A stretch of DNA of 64,000 nt from Dehalococcoidia bacterium (GCA_963667465.2 CAXXDN010000001.1:384001-448000), one strand, 5' to 3'. Counted from the first letter of the stretch, positions 32,605-43,285 are shown. The notes: generated by a model from the letters alone, not told the origin. Translations and numbers: made by a program.

Positions 32605-32607
32605 CGC

Positions 32608-33399
32608 CTACGCCAGCCCGATCAGCGCGTCGAGGCCGTAGACGAGGCTTTCGCGCTGCATTACCTCGCGGACGGCGAGCAGCACGCCGGGCATGAACGA
32701 GTCGCGGCCCGTCGAGTCGTGGCGCAGCGTCAGCGTCTGGCCCGTGCCGCCGAAGATCACCTCCTGATGCGCCACCAGCCCGGGCAGCCGCACCGAGTGC
32801 AGCGCGACGCCGCCGAGCTCCGCGCCGCGCGCACCCTCGACCGCCTCGAGGTCGGAGCTGCGGTGCATGAAGTCGCTGCCGCGCGCCTCGCGCATCAGCT
32901 GCGCGGTCGCGACGGCTGTACCCGAGGGCGAGTCGACCTTGCCGTCGTGGTGCAGCTCGATCACCTCGACCGCGTCGAAGTGCGGCGCGGCGAGCGTCGC
33001 GAGGTGCATCAGCACCACCGCGCCGAGGGCGAAGTTGGGCGCGACCACGCCGCCGAGGCCGCGCTCCGCCAGGCGCTCGCGCAACGTCGCGACGAAATCG
33101 TCCGGCTGGCCCGAGGTGCCGATCACGGGCCTGACGCCGTGCGCGAGGCAGGCCCCGGCGAGTGTCGGGGTGAAGGCCGCGTTCGTGAAGTCGACGACCA
33201 CGTCCGGGCTCAGCTCGCCGAGGAGCGCCGCCGGATCCGCGGACAGTGGGTAGCTGGCGCCGCTCGCCGCCTCGATCTCGCCCGTTCCGGCCGCAAGCGG
33301 CTCGATGATGCCGACAGGCTCGGTGTCCTCGGCCGCCTCGAGCGTGGCGAGCACCTGCGCGCCCATGTTGCCGCTTCCGCTGACCACTGCCCGGATCAT
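32608..33399 (-). CDS. dapB: 4-hydroxy-tetrahydrodipicolinate reductase
   Basis: GSGNMG, VDFT, GTSG, APNF, ELHHDGKVDSPSGTA. Confidence 0.96.
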   Translation of the reverse strand: MIRAVVSGSGNMGAQVLATLEAAEDTEPVGIIEPLAAGTGEIEAASGASYPLSADPAALLGELSPDVVVDFTNAAFTPTLAGACLAHGVRPVIGTSGQPDDFVATLRERLAERGLGGVVAPNFALGAVVLMHLATLAAPHFDAVEVIELHHDGKVDSPSGTAVATAQLMREARGSDFMHRSSDLEAVEGARGAELGGVALHSVRLPGLVAHQEVIFGGTGQTLTLRHDSTGRDSFMPGVLLAVREVMQRESLVYGLDALIGLA

Positions 33400-33449
33400 C
33401 ACCTGCCCCCTGTCCGCATCGCCTGTCCGCCCTGCGCGCCCGCAACGAC

Positions 33450-33476
33450 TGCGCCCCGCCGATTGGGCGGGGCGCA
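33450..33476 (-). terminator. GC-rich hairpin downstream of pnp
   Basis: tgcgccccgcc-gattg-ggcggggcgca 11-bp stem; no U tract. Confidence 0.5.
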
Positions 33477-33506
33477 AGTGTAGCGACTCAACTCTGGGCC
33501 TCGGAG

Positions 33507-35963
33507 CTACCAGCGGCGACCGCCGCCGGAACCACCGGAACCACCGGAACTTCCGCGGCTACCGCCATCGCGATTCCCACCGTCGCGGCCTCCGCCGCCA
33601 CCGGAACCACCACGGCCGCCGCCGGAACCACCGCGACCTCGGCCGCCGCCCGGGCCGCCTCGACCGCCGCCGCCGCCCGGGCCGCCTCGACCGCCGCCGC
33701 CACCGGGACCACCACGGCCGCCGCCGCCGCCGGGACCACCGCGACCTCGGCCGCCGCCCGGACCGCCTCGACCGCCACCGCCGCCACCACGGCCGCGGCC
33801 ACCGGCGAAGGCGGGCTCGCGCTCCGGCTCGTCGGCGCCGTCGGCGAGGCCGACGCGCTCGCTGCCGTCGTCACCGTCCTGCAGGCGCGTGAGGTTGATG
33901 CGCCCGAGGTTGTCGATCTCGATCACCTGCACGCGCAGCACGTCGCCCTCGGACACCTCGTCCTCGACACGGTTGACGTGGTAGTCGGCGAGGTCGGAGA
34001 TGTGGACCAGGCCGTCCTTGCCCGGCAGGATCTCGACGAACGCACCGAAGGCCATGATCCGGCTGACGGCGCCCTCGTAGACCTCGCCGACCTCGATCTC
34101 CTTGGTCAGTCCGCGGATCGTGTCGATCGCCTTGCGGACGCCCGCCGCGTCGGTCCCGGCGACCAGCACGGTGCCGTCGTCCTCGACGGTGATGTTCGAG
34201 CCGGTCTCCTCCTGGATGGCATTGATGACCCGGCCGCCGGGGCCGATCACCGTGCCGATCTTCTCGCGGTCGATCTCGATCCGCTCGACGCGCGGCGCGT
34301 ACGGCGACATCTCCTCGCGCGGCTCCGCGATCGCGTCGAGCATCACCTCGAGGATCGTCATGCGCGCCTCGCGCGCTCGCTCGAAGACCGTCTCGAGCAG
34401 CCCATCCGGCAGCGACTGCAGCTTGATGTCGAGCTGTAGCGCCGTGACGCCGCGCTCCGTGCCGGCGACCTTGAAGTCCATGTCGCCGAGGCCGTCCTCG
34501 ATGCCCGCGATGTCCGTGAGCACGCGGTACTCGTCGTCATCGCCGGTGATCAGGCCCATCGCGATGCCCGCGACCGGCGCCGTGATCGGCACGCCCGCGT
34601 CCATCAGCGCCAGCGTCGAGCCGCAGACCGACCCCATCGAGGTCGAGCCGTTCGACATCAGCGCGTCGGAGACGATGCGCAGCGCGTAGGGGAACTCCTC
34701 GCTGTCCGGCAGCACCGGCTCCAGCGCGCGCTCGGCGAGCAGGCCGTGGCCGATCTCGCGGCGGCCGGGGCCGCGCAGGAAGCGCGCTTCGCCGACCGAG
34801 TACGGCGGGAAGTTGTAGTGGTGCATGTAGCGCTTGAACTGCGTCGGCGCGAGCGTGTCGAGGCGCTGCCGGTCGCCGAGCGGACCGAGCGTGGCCACCG
34901 AGAGGATCTGCGTCCCGCCGCGGCGGAACAGCCCACTGCCGTGCGCGCGCGGAAGCAGGCCGACCGAGGAGTGGAGGCCGCGCACCTGCTCGATCTCGCG
35001 ATCGTCGGGGCGCAGGCCGTCATCAAGGATGCGTCGCCGCACCAGCTTCTTGATCTCGTTCTCAACGGCGTTGCGCACGGCGCGGGCGTTCAGCTCCTCG
35101 TCGCCGATCGCCGCGTAGACCTCCTTGCCAAGGGCGTCGACGCCGCGCCAGCCCTCGCCCTGGACCGCGGCCATCATCTCCGCGTCGCGGCCGACGAGCG
35201 CCTCGGCGACGCTCTTCTCCATTTCCGTGTCCGGAGTGGGGGGCTCGAAGGAGGCCTTCTCCTGGCCGAGCGCCTCGGAGATCTCGCGCTGCAGCGCGTT
35301 GAGCTTGGCGATCACGCTCTGGGCGTACTCGATCGCCTCGATCACCTCGGCCTCGGGCACCTCGCTGGCGCCCGCCTCGATCATCACGATCGAGTCTTCG
35401 GTGCCGGCCACGATCAGGTCGAGGTCGGACCCCTCGATCTCCTCGTAGGTGGGCAGCGCCTTGAACTCGCCCTCGACGCGCGCAACGCGCACCGAGGAGA
35501 CCGGGCCCTCGAACGGGATGCTGGAGATGCCCAGCACAGTCGAGGCGGCCGTCGTGCCGAAGACATCGGCCGGGTTCTCGCGGTCGGAGGAGAGCGTGGT
35601 CAGCACCACCTGGATCTCGCGGCGGAAGCCCTTGGGGAAGAGCGGCCGGATCGGGCGGTCCGTCATGCGCGCGGCGAGGATCGCCTCGTTGCCGGGGCGG
35701 CCCTCACGACGGAAGAACGAACCGGGGATCTTCCCGATCGCGTACATCCGCTCCTCGAAGTCGATGGTCAGCGGGAAGAAGTCGATGCCCTCACGCGCAT
35801 CGTCCTCGGCGACGGTTGCGAGGATCATCGTGTCGCCGTAACGGACCGTGCAGGCCGCAGCGGCGTTGAGGGCCAGCAGCCCGACGCCGACGGTGAAGGG
35901 CTTGCCCTCGATCTCCGTGGTAAAGGTTCGTTCTTCGGTCTCAAGTCGTTGGGCGTTGGTCAT
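33507..35963 (-). CDS. pnp: Polyribonucleotide nucleotidyltransferase (PNPase)
   Basis: [45 protein letters not shown] and S1 domains. Confidence 0.98.
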   Translation of the reverse strand: MTNAQRLETEERTFTTEIEGKPFTVGVGLLALNAAAACTVRYGDTMILATVAEDDAREGIDFFPLTIDFEERMYAIGKIPGSFFRREGRPGNEAILAARMTDRPIRPLFPKGFRREIQVVLTTLSSDRENPADVFGTTAASTVLGISSIPFEGPVSSVRVARVEGEFKALPTYEEIEGSDLDLIVAGTEDSIVMIEAGASEVPEAEVIEAIEYAQSVIAKLNALQREISEALGQEKASFEPPTPDTEMEKSVAEALVGRDAEMMAAVQGEGWRGVDALGKEVYAAIGDEELNARAVRNAVENEIKKLVRRRILDDGLRPDDREIEQVRGLHSSVGLLPRAHGSGLFRRGGTQILSVATLGPLGDRQRLDTLAPTQFKRYMHHYNFPPYSVGEARFLRGPGRREIGHGLLAERALEPVLPDSEEFPYALRIVSDALMSNGSTSMGSVCGSTLALMDAGVPITAPVAGIAMGLITGDDDEYRVLTDIAGIEDGLGDMDFKVAGTERGVTALQLDIKLQSLPDGLLETVFERAREARMTILEVMLDAIAEPREEMSPYAPRVERIEIDREKIGTVIGPGGRVINAIQEETGSNITVEDDGTVLVAGTDAAGVRKAIDTIRGLTKEIEVGEVYEGAVSRIMAFGAFVEILPGKDGLVHISDLADYHVNRVEDEVSEGDVLRVQVIEIDNLGRINLTRLQDGDDGSERVGLADGADEPEREPAFAGGRGRGGGGGGRGGPGGGRGRGGPGGGGGRGGPGGGGGRGGPGGGGGRGGPGGGRGRGGSGGGRGGSGGGGGRDGGNRDGGSRGSSGGSGGSGGGRRW
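33510..33805 (-). repeat. Coding RGG/Gly tandem repeats in PNPase tail
   Basis: Repeated GGGGGRGGP / GGGRGRGG units. Confidence 0.85.
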
Positions 35964-36130
35964 GCTCGCCTTCCTCGGGTGCGCGCACGGTGCGGCGCCC
36001 CGCTGGTTCCTGGGTGCTGGTCAATGGAAATGCCGGTCGTGCTCGTTCCCTCTCCCGCGCACGCGGCGCGACAGCGCGCCTCACGCGTGCGATTCGTCGT
36101 GCCGGGGCGGGGAAGGGGTGGCCGGGTGCG

Positions 36131-36397
36131 CTAGCGACGCAGCCCCAGCCTGCCGATGAGCGTGCGGTAACGCCCCACGTCCTTCTTGCTGAGGTAGCGG
36201 AGCTGACGGCGGCGCTGGCCCACTAGCTTGAGGAGGCCGCGCCGCGTGTCGTAGTCGTGCGTATGCGTGCGGAGGTGTTCCGTCAGATGGTTGATGCGAT
36301 CGGTGAGTAGCGCGACCTGCACCTCGGGGGAGCCTGTGTCTCCCTCGTGCGTCTGGTACTCGGCAATCAGATCGCGCTTGTGCTCTATAGGGGTCAT
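36131..36397 (-). CDS. rpsO: 30S ribosomal protein S15
   Basis: [39 protein letters not shown]; upstream of pnp. Confidence 0.97.
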   Translation of the reverse strand: MTPIEHKRDLIAEYQTHEGDTGSPEVQVALLTDRINHLTEHLRTHTHDYDTRRGLLKLVGQRRRQLRYLSKKDVGRYRTLIGRLGLRR

Positions 36398-36618
36398 GCG
36401 TCGGTTCTGGTCTGGTCCTGTTCTGCTTCTCTGTCCACCACGCCTGCACACACGCTCCGGTCTTCCCCGACCGGGCGATAGCCGCTCACTCCCGTTCGGC
36501 GCCTGCCGTCCGGGCCGGGCGCGACTCTCGCGCCCGCGGCTACGCAAACACGCTACCACGCAGTTTCGGCGAGGGGCAATGAGGCGGAACGCCGTGTGCT
36601 CGCGACCAGGCGCCGTCG

Positions 36619-37485
36619 CTACGACGACGGGCCCGGACGCAGCCCGCGCGCCGGTGACCGGGCAGGCCGTCGTAACGGCGGCCGCGCAGGCGCCAGCCCG
36701 GCCCACGCACCCAGCCAGTGCCGGATCAGCGGGTAGCCACTACGATGCAGCGCCAGGGTCAGGCCCAGCGCCACGCCGCACACCACCAGCCCTGCGATGC
36801 CATCGAAGATGTAGTGGTTGCCCGTGCCGACCACCGCAACCGACTGCAGCACGAAGGTGACCACCGACGCCCCTCGCAGCCACGGGTTGCGCGTCGCCGC
36901 GAACACCCCGACGGCAAGCAGCAGCGCCCAGCCGACGTGCAGCGACGGCACAGCCGCGAAGGGATTGACGAACGGCTGCAGCGACTGCGCCTGGTACGAG
37001 AGGTTGTCGTAGACCTCGAGCGTGTCGATGAACCCCCACTCGCTCAGGAAGCGGGGTGGAGCGACGGGGTACAGCCAGTAGATCACGAGGGCGATACCGC
37101 CCGAGATCAGGATCGAGTCGCGCGTCAGCGTGTAGGCGCTGCGGCGCTTCCAGAACATCAGCAGCGCAACCCCCACGATGAGCGGGAAGTCCATCCAGAA
37201 GTAGACGAAGTTGAGCGCGCGGCGCAGTAACTCGTACTCCAGCACCCAGGCCTGGAAGGCTGGCTCCACGAAAAGCCCATACGAGTACTGCAGGTTCACG
37301 ATCCAGTGCGCGTTCGCGAAGGCGTCGGCCGTGCGGTCCACCACCGCGCCGCGTACGAGGAAATAGAGCAGGAACCCGAGCGCGACGAGCCCCAGCTCCG
37401 AGGCGTCCCACCAGCTCAGGCCTCTGCGTCTCGGATCGGTCGAGAGGAAAAGGTAGCGCGCAAGACGCGCTCGCAATGCAATCAT
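36619..37485 (-). CDS. PAP2 superfamily membrane protein (AUR1/IPC synthase-like)
   Basis: [31 protein letters not shown]. Confidence 0.88.
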   Translation of the reverse strand: MIALRARLARYLFLSTDPRRRGLSWWDASELGLVALGFLLYFLVRGAVVDRTADAFANAHWIVNLQYSYGLFVEPAFQAWVLEYELLRRALNFVYFWMDFPLIVGVALLMFWKRRSAYTLTRDSILISGGIALVIYWLYPVAPPRFLSEWGFIDTLEVYDNLSYQAQSLQPFVNPFAAVPSLHVGWALLLAVGVFAATRNPWLRGASVVTFVLQSVAVVGTGNHYIFDGIAGLVVCGVALGLTLALHRSGYPLIRHWLGAWAGLAPARPPLRRPARSPARGLRPGPSS

Positions 37486-37616
37486 CGCGATGCCCTGCTC
37501 GTGTGTCCCCCGCCGGCGCGGCTGCGTGCCCTGCCGTGTCATGCCGCGCAGCAATGATAGCGTACCCTCGCGGGCAGGCGTACCCGGCTGTCCCAGGGCT
37601 ACGAAAGGAGCCATCA

Positions 37617-39119
37617 GTGGAGCTCAACGTCACAAGCGGCGACCTGGCGGACCAGCAGGTGGACACGATCGTCGTTGCGCTGCCAGAGGAGACACGCCGC
37701 CTGGGCGGCGCGGCGGCGGCCCTCGACCGGGCGCTCGACGGCGCGATCACCGCGCTGCTGCGCTCCGGCCTGGCGCCGGGCCGCGCGAACCAGGCGACAC
37801 CGGTCGCCACGGGCGGACGCATCCCCGCCGCGCGCGTCGTCGTGCAGGGCCTCGGCAAACGCGACCAGTTGACGCCGGACCGGCTGCGCAACCAGACCGC
37901 CGGCCTGGCGCGCACCCTGCGCGGCCTGGACGCAGGCAGCGTCGCGATCTCCACGCAGGGCGCCGCCCTCGCGACACGCGACGCCGGGGACACCGGCCGC
38001 GTCCTCGCCGAGGCCTTCGAGCTCGGCCTCTACCGCTTCGACCAGCACCGCACCCGCACGCAGGACAAGCCGCGCGGGGCCGTGACGGCGCTGACCATCG
38101 TCGAGACCTCGCGGCGCCGTGCGAACGCAGCGGCGCAGGGCGTGCGCAGCGGAACCATCCTCGCCGAGGCGCAGAACTTCACGCGCGACCTCGCCAACTC
38201 GCCCGCCAACCTGATGACCCCGAGCGACGTCGCCGAGCGCGCCCAGGCGCGCGCCGACGAACTGGGGATCGAGTGCGAGGTGATCGAGCGCGCCGCCGCC
38301 GAGCGGATGGGCATGAACTCCTACCTCTCGGTGGCGCAGGGCTCGCAGCAGCCCCCGAAGTTCATCGTGCTTCGCTATCGCGGCGGGCGTGGCCGCCGCA
38401 GCGTCGGTCTGGTCGGCAAGGGCATCACCTTCGACACGGGCGGCATCTCGCTCAAGCCGCCGGCGAACATGGAGCGCATGAAGGGCGACATGAGCGGCGC
38501 GGCGGCGGTGATCGGCGCGATCGGCGCGATCGCCCGCCTCGAGCCCGCCATCAACGTCACCGCGATCGCCCCCTGCACCGAGAACATGCCGAGCGGCACT
38601 GCGACCAAGCCCGGCGACGTCTTCTACGCGATGGACGGGCAGTCGATCGAGGTGATCAACACGGACGCGGAGGGCCGCCTCGTACTCGCCGACGCCCTCG
38701 CCTATGCGAAGTCGCAGGGCTGCACCCCGCTCGTCGACGTGGCGACGCTGACCGGGGCGATGGCGATCGCGCTCGGCAACGTGCGGATCGGCGTCTTCGC
38801 AAACAACGACCGGCTCTACACCGACCTCGAGCGCGCCGCCGCGGCGTCCGGCGAGAGGCTGTGGCGCTTCCCGCTCGACGACGAGTACGACGAGCAGATC
38901 CGCTCGGACGTGGCGGACATCAAGAACACGGGCGGCCGCGGCGCCGGCTCGATCACGGCCGCGAAGTTCCTGCACCGCTTCGCCGGCAACACGCCCTGGG
39001 CACACTTCGACATCGCCGGCGTCATGGACGCAGACCGCGACCGCGGGGTGCTGGTCAAGGGCAACGCCGGAGCCGCAGCGCGCACGCTCGTGCACTACGT
39101 CCTCAACCGCGCCCGCTGA
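37617..39119 (+). CDS. pepA: Leucyl aminopeptidase (M17)
   Basis: VGKGITFDTGG, MKGDMSG, NTDAEGRL, ATLTGA; GTG after AAGGAG. Confidence 0.96.
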   Translation: MELNVTSGDLADQQVDTIVVALPEETRRLGGAAAALDRALDGAITALLRSGLAPGRANQATPVATGGRIPAARVVVQGLGKRDQLTPDRLRNQTAGLARTLRGLDAGSVAISTQGAALATRDAGDTGRVLAEAFELGLYRFDQHRTRTQDKPRGAVTALTIVETSRRRANAAAQGVRSGTILAEAQNFTRDLANSPANLMTPSDVAERAQARADELGIECEVIERAAAERMGMNSYLSVAQGSQQPPKFIVLRYRGGRGRRSVGLVGKGITFDTGGISLKPPANMERMKGDMSGAAAVIGAIGAIARLEPAINVTAIAPCTENMPSGTATKPGDVFYAMDGQSIEVINTDAEGRLVLADALAYAKSQGCTPLVDVATLTGAMAIALGNVRIGVFANNDRLYTDLERAAAASGERLWRFPLDDEYDEQIRSDVADIKNTGGRGAGSITAAKFLHRFAGNTPWAHFDIAGVMDADRDRGVLVKGNAGAAARTLVHYVLNRAR

Positions 39120-39165
39120 GACGCAGCGCGAGGGATCCGCAGCCAGGGCAGGGGGCGCAGCGCCG

Positions 39166-40515
39166 CTACGCGACCTCGCGGGCGCGCTCGACCAGCTCGC
39201 GCAGCGTGGCGATGTCGCGCTTCGTCTCGGGGTCGACCTGGACGGAGCGCTCCATCTTGCTCCAGCCGTGGTGGACCGTGGAGTGGTCGCGGCCTCCGAG
39301 GGTCTGCCCGATCTCCGCGAGCGAGCGATGCGCGAGCTCGCGCATCAGGTACATCGCTAGCTGCCGAGGGTAGGCGACGCGCTTCTCGCGACTCTTGGAG
39401 AGCAGCGCCTCGCGGTCGATCTCGAAATAGCGGCAGACCACGCCCAGGATCGCCTCCGGTGAGGGCGGCAGCCGCGGCTCCGTCGGGTCGAGCGAGGCGA
39501 GCGCGGACTGCACAAGCGCCGGCTCGATCGGCTCGCCGGTGAGGCGCGCGTAGGCGACGACGCGCGTCAGGGAGCCCTCGAGCTCGCGGATGTTGCTGGT
39601 GAAGCGACGCGCGATCACGTGCAGCGCATCGTCGTTGACCCGCACCCGCTGCTCCTCCGCCTTCGAGCGCAGGATCGCGACGCGCGTCTCGAGGTCGGGC
39701 GCCTGGATGTCGGCGATCATCCCCCACTCGAAGCGCGACTTCAGCCGCTCCTCAAGGTCCGGAATCAGCACCGGGCTCTTGTCCGACGTAATCACGATCT
39801 GGCACTCGGACTCGTAGAGCGAGTTGAACGTGTGGAACAGTTCCTCCTGCGTCGCCTCCTTGCCGCCGACGAACTGGATGTCGTCGATCAGCAGCGCGTC
39901 GGCGGAGCGGTAGCGTGCCCGGAACTCCTCCTGCGTGCGCTGCTGGATGGCGGTCACGAGGTCGTTCGTGAACTGCTCCGCCGAGATGTACATGATCTGC
40001 CGCCCGGCGCGAACCAGGCGGTGCCCGATCCCCTGCAGGAGATGCGTCTTGCCGAGGCCTACCGCGCCGTACAGGAACAGCGGGTTGTGCAGCGTGCCGG
40101 GAGAGTCCGCAACGCCCTCGGCGGCGGCGAACGCAAGGCGGTTCCCGGGTCCGACGATGAATGTGTCGAAGACGTAGCGGGTATGCAGCCGGGGGCGGGG
40201 ATAGACGGGCCCGGCCGGCTTGGGCGCACCGCTGCGCTGGAGCAGCGGGGTGTCGTCCGCGGGCGCCTGCAACGGCTCGAAGGCGACCTCCATGGGCCGA
40301 TCGGCGATGTCGGTGAGCGTGCGCACCATCAGCGGCCGAAGCCGCTGCTGCAGCCACTCGGTGACGAATTCCGAGCGCGTGCCGATGATCAGCGCGGAGC
40401 CGTCGACGCGTACGCCCTCGGTGTCCGCGAGCCAGGTTTGATAGTTAGCCTCAGAAACGTGCTGCCGGAGGTAGCGCAGTGCGGACTGCCAAAGCTGCTC
40501 CGGGTCTTGCTGCAC
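39166..40515 (-). CDS. dnaA: Chromosomal replication initiator DnaA
   Basis: NPLFLYGAVGLGKTHL, LLIDDIQF, QEELFHTFN, NIRELEG, GGRDHSTV. Confidence 0.98.
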   Translation of the reverse strand: MQQDPEQLWQSALRYLRQHVSEANYQTWLADTEGVRVDGSALIIGTRSEFVTEWLQQRLRPLMVRTLTDIADRPMEVAFEPLQAPADDTPLLQRSGAPKPAGPVYPRPRLHTRYVFDTFIVGPGNRLAFAAAEGVADSPGTLHNPLFLYGAVGLGKTHLLQGIGHRLVRAGRQIMYISAEQFTNDLVTAIQQRTQEEFRARYRSADALLIDDIQFVGGKEATQEELFHTFNSLYESECQIVITSDKSPVLIPDLEERLKSRFEWGMIADIQAPDLETRVAILRSKAEEQRVRVNDDALHVIARRFTSNIRELEGSLTRVVAYARLTGEPIEPALVQSALASLDPTEPRLPPSPEAILGVVCRYFEIDREALLSKSREKRVAYPRQLAMYLMRELAHRSLAEIGQTLGGRDHSTVHHGWSKMERSVQVDPETKRDIATLRELVERAREVA

Positions 40516-40769
40516 CCTTGTGGCCCTCTCGGCGCTCCAGCGGCGACCCGGCGTAGGCGCGCGCAGGGCGATTGCACCCGGCACGGATGTCAACGGGCAA
40601 TCCACGCGTGTTGGCAAGCACGCGGACTCAACCCTCTGCGCCGCTGTGTCTGTCCAGGGCCAGCCACTCCCTCGCCCCCGCCGATTCTAGTTCCGAGGGT
40701 GGCCCTTGCGTGATTCAATGCCCTTGGCAGACGGCAGGCTAGCGAACCTGCTGCCTCAGCGACAAGCCT

Positions 40770-40845
40770 GTTATGTGCGAATTGCGTTGGATTCCCCACA
40801 CTCCGTGCGGTTCGGACTGTTCTTGGGGTGAACTGTGTATAATCC
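40770..40845. promoter_or_regulatory. DnaA boxes in dnaA/coaX intergenic region
   Basis: TGTGTATAA 40834-40842 (reverse complement TTATACACA), TTCCCCACA 40792-40800; TATAAT at 40838-40843. Confidence 0.65.
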
Positions 40846-40938
40846 GCGGTCCCGCAGCACCGCCAAGCCCGCTCGGCGGCCTCTGCTGGCCCTGCGCGCT
40901 CACGATTAGCCCGCCGCACCAGCACCCGGAGCGACACC

Positions 40939-41709
40939 CTGCTTCTTGCCATCGACATCGGCAACACCAGCGTCGCGATCGGCGCCTACGACGGACCGCG
41001 ACTCGTCCTCCGCTTCCGCGTGCCCAGCGACGCCAACCGTCCCGCCGGCGAATACGAGCGAGAACTCCTCGCCGGCCTCGGCGCTGGCGGCATCGCGCCC
41101 TCGCGGATCGCAGGAGCAGCGCTGTCCTCCACCGTCCCCGCCCTCGAGGCTACCTTCGCAGCGGTCTGTCGCAGCAGCTTCGGCTGCGATCCGCTCGTCG
41201 TCGGCGCCGATACGCAGGCCGGCATCCCGATCCGCTGTGACAACCCGCACGAGATCGGCGCGGACCGCATCCTGCATGCCGTCGCCGCCCTTGCCCGCCA
41301 CGCCCCGCCCCTGATCGTCGTGGACCTGGGGACAGCGCTGGTCGTCGATGCGATTTCCGCGGAGGGCCACTACCTCGGCGGCACGATCGCCCCCGGCATC
41401 GCGATCGCCTCGGAGGCGCTGTTCGAGCGCGCGGCCAAGCTGCCCTCCGTCGCGATCGAGCGCCCGGACATGGCCGGCGTAATCGGCCGCAACACCGAGC
41501 ACTCGATGCAGTCGGGTATCGTGTACGGCTACGCGGAGATGGTGTGCGGCATGGTGCGACGCTTCCAGGCGGAGATCGGCCCGCAGGCGACGGTGATCGC
41601 CACCGGCGGCTATGCCTCCGTGCTTGCCGATGTCGCCTGCTGCATCGACGCCGTTGAGGACGACCTCAACCTCGAGGGCCTGCGCCTGGTCTACGAGGCA
41701 AACCGATGA
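40939..41709 (+). CDS. coaX: Type III pantothenate kinase
   Basis: LLAIDIGNT, IGADR, VDLGTA, GGTIAPG, ATGG; probable CTG start 7 nt after GGAG (track starts late at 41020). Confidence 0.93.
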   Translation: MLLAIDIGNTSVAIGAYDGPRLVLRFRVPSDANRPAGEYERELLAGLGAGGIAPSRIAGAALSSTVPALEATFAAVCRSSFGCDPLVVGADTQAGIPIRCDNPHEIGADRILHAVAALARHAPPLIVVDLGTALVVDAISAEGHYLGGTIAPGIAIASEALFERAAKLPSVAIERPDMAGVIGRNTEHSMQSGIVYGYAEMVCGMVRRFQAEIGPQATVIATGGYASVLADVACCIDAVEDDLNLEGLRLVYEANR

Positions 41710-42941
41710 CCGCGCAGCCGGCGGCGGCGCCCACGCCGCTGAGCGGGCGCACGATCGTGCTCGGCGTGAGCGGTTCGATCGCCGCCTACAAGTCCGTAGA
41801 GGTCGCGAGCCGCCTCGTTCAGGCCGGCGCCGAGGTCGAGGTCGTGATGACCGAGGCGGCCACAAAGTTCATAGGGCCATTGACGTTCCGCGGCATCACC
41901 GGCCGTGAGCCGTTCGTCGATCTGTGGGCGGCGGCCGGACCGCACGCCGAGCCACACGTCGCCCTCGGACGAAGCGCCGATCTCTACCTGATCGTGCCGG
42001 GGAGCGCCTCGACGATCGCGCGCATCGCGCACGGCATCGCCGACGACTTCGTCTCGCTGACCGCGCTGGCGATGCGCGCGCCGACGCTGATCGCGCCCGC
42101 AATGGACGCGCAGATGTGGGCCAGCGCCGCGACCCGGGACAACGTCGCGCTGCTGCACGAACGCGGCATCGAGTTCCTCGGCCCCGTCGAGGGGCGCCTC
42201 GCATCCGGCGAGGTGGGCGCCGGGCGCCTGATGGAGCCCGCCGCGATCGTGGCCCACGCCCGGGCGCGCAGCGGACGCGAGTACGGCGACCTCGCCGGCA
42301 AGCGCATCGCCATCACCGCCGGCGGCACCCGCGAGCCCGCCGACCCCGTGCGCTTCATCGGCAACCGCTCGACCGGGAAGATGGGCCACGCCGCCGCTGA
42401 GGCGGCGCGCGACCGCGGCGCAGACGTCGTGCTGATCACCAGCGCTGAGATCGCGGCCCCCGAGGCGACCGAGGTCGTCCACGTCGAGACCGCCGAGCAG
42501 ATGCTCGCCGCGCTGCAGCAGCACGTGCCGGGCTGCGACGCGCTGATCATGGCCGCCGCCGTCGCCGACTACCGCCCGGCCGAGTCGCTGGCGCACAAGC
42601 AGAAGCGCGGGGGCCTCGAGCACTGGACGCTCGACCTGGAGCGCAACCCGGACTTGATCGCCTCGATCGAGCGCGAGGGCCTCATCAAGGTTGCCTTCGC
42701 CGCCGAGACGGACGACGTGCTGCAGAACGCCGCGCACAAGCTCGTCGCGAAGGGCGCTCACCTTATGGTCGCGAACGACGTCGGCGCGAAGGACGCCGGC
42801 TTCGCCGTCGACACGAACCGCGTCGTCATCCTCGACCGCGACGGCGGCTGCGACGAGCTGCCGCTCCTCTCGAAGTACGACTGTTCACAGCGCATCCTCG
42901 ACCGGCTCGCCGGCTTGCTCGCCCGCACCGCGGATGCGTGA
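41706..42941 (+). CDS. coaBC: Phosphopantothenoylcysteine decarboxylase/ligase
   Basis: GVSGSIAAYK, APAM, TAGGTREPADPVRFIGNRSTGKMG, AAAVADY, FAAET. Confidence 0.96.
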   Translation: MTAQPAAAPTPLSGRTIVLGVSGSIAAYKSVEVASRLVQAGAEVEVVMTEAATKFIGPLTFRGITGREPFVDLWAAAGPHAEPHVALGRSADLYLIVPGSASTIARIAHGIADDFVSLTALAMRAPTLIAPAMDAQMWASAATRDNVALLHERGIEFLGPVEGRLASGEVGAGRLMEPAAIVAHARARSGREYGDLAGKRIAITAGGTREPADPVRFIGNRSTGKMGHAAAEAARDRGADVVLITSAEIAAPEATEVVHVETAEQMLAALQQHVPGCDALIMAAAVADYRPAESLAHKQKRGGLEHWTLDLERNPDLIASIEREGLIKVAFAAETDDVLQNAAHKLVAKGAHLMVANDVGAKDAGFAVDTNRVVILDRDGGCDELPLLSKYDCSQRILDRLAGLLARTADA

Positions 42942-43285
42942 GGGCTCCGCTACCGCCCCGCCCACGGATAAGTCGTGGGTAACCTGCGCCTCAGCTGTTT
43001 GCGGTCTCCCCACAACTCGTCGGCCCGGCCCGCGCCCCCGACTCGCCTCGAGGTTGTCCGGACGCTGCCCCGCCAGCTGCCCACGATTTGATCACGAGTG
43101 TTGACGCTTGGCACATCACACACCCACAGCCTCGCGGCCGGGCTTTTGCAGCGCCCACACCCGCTTCAGGGTGTTTCTCCACGCCACCAACGCTCCTACT
43201 ACTACGACGTTCCTCTACTCATTCACCTGGCACCCCTTTGCGCACGCGTGGACAAGCCCCCGCGTTTCGTTGTGGAGTAGATCCC
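42942..43285. other. Probable replication origin (oriC): degenerate DnaA boxes plus DnaA-trio repeat
   Basis: Box-like 9-mers at 42963, 42974, 43006, 43175, 43247 and 43271; CTACTACTACGA at 43196-43207 just after TTCTCCACG; non-coding and lower GC. Confidence 0.7.

Noticed and set aside
36398-36706. N-terminal extension of S15 in the ORF track (similar extended starts for obgE, dnaA, cysK, nadD)
   Set aside because: Homology begins at downstream starts; extensions reflect longest-ORF calling
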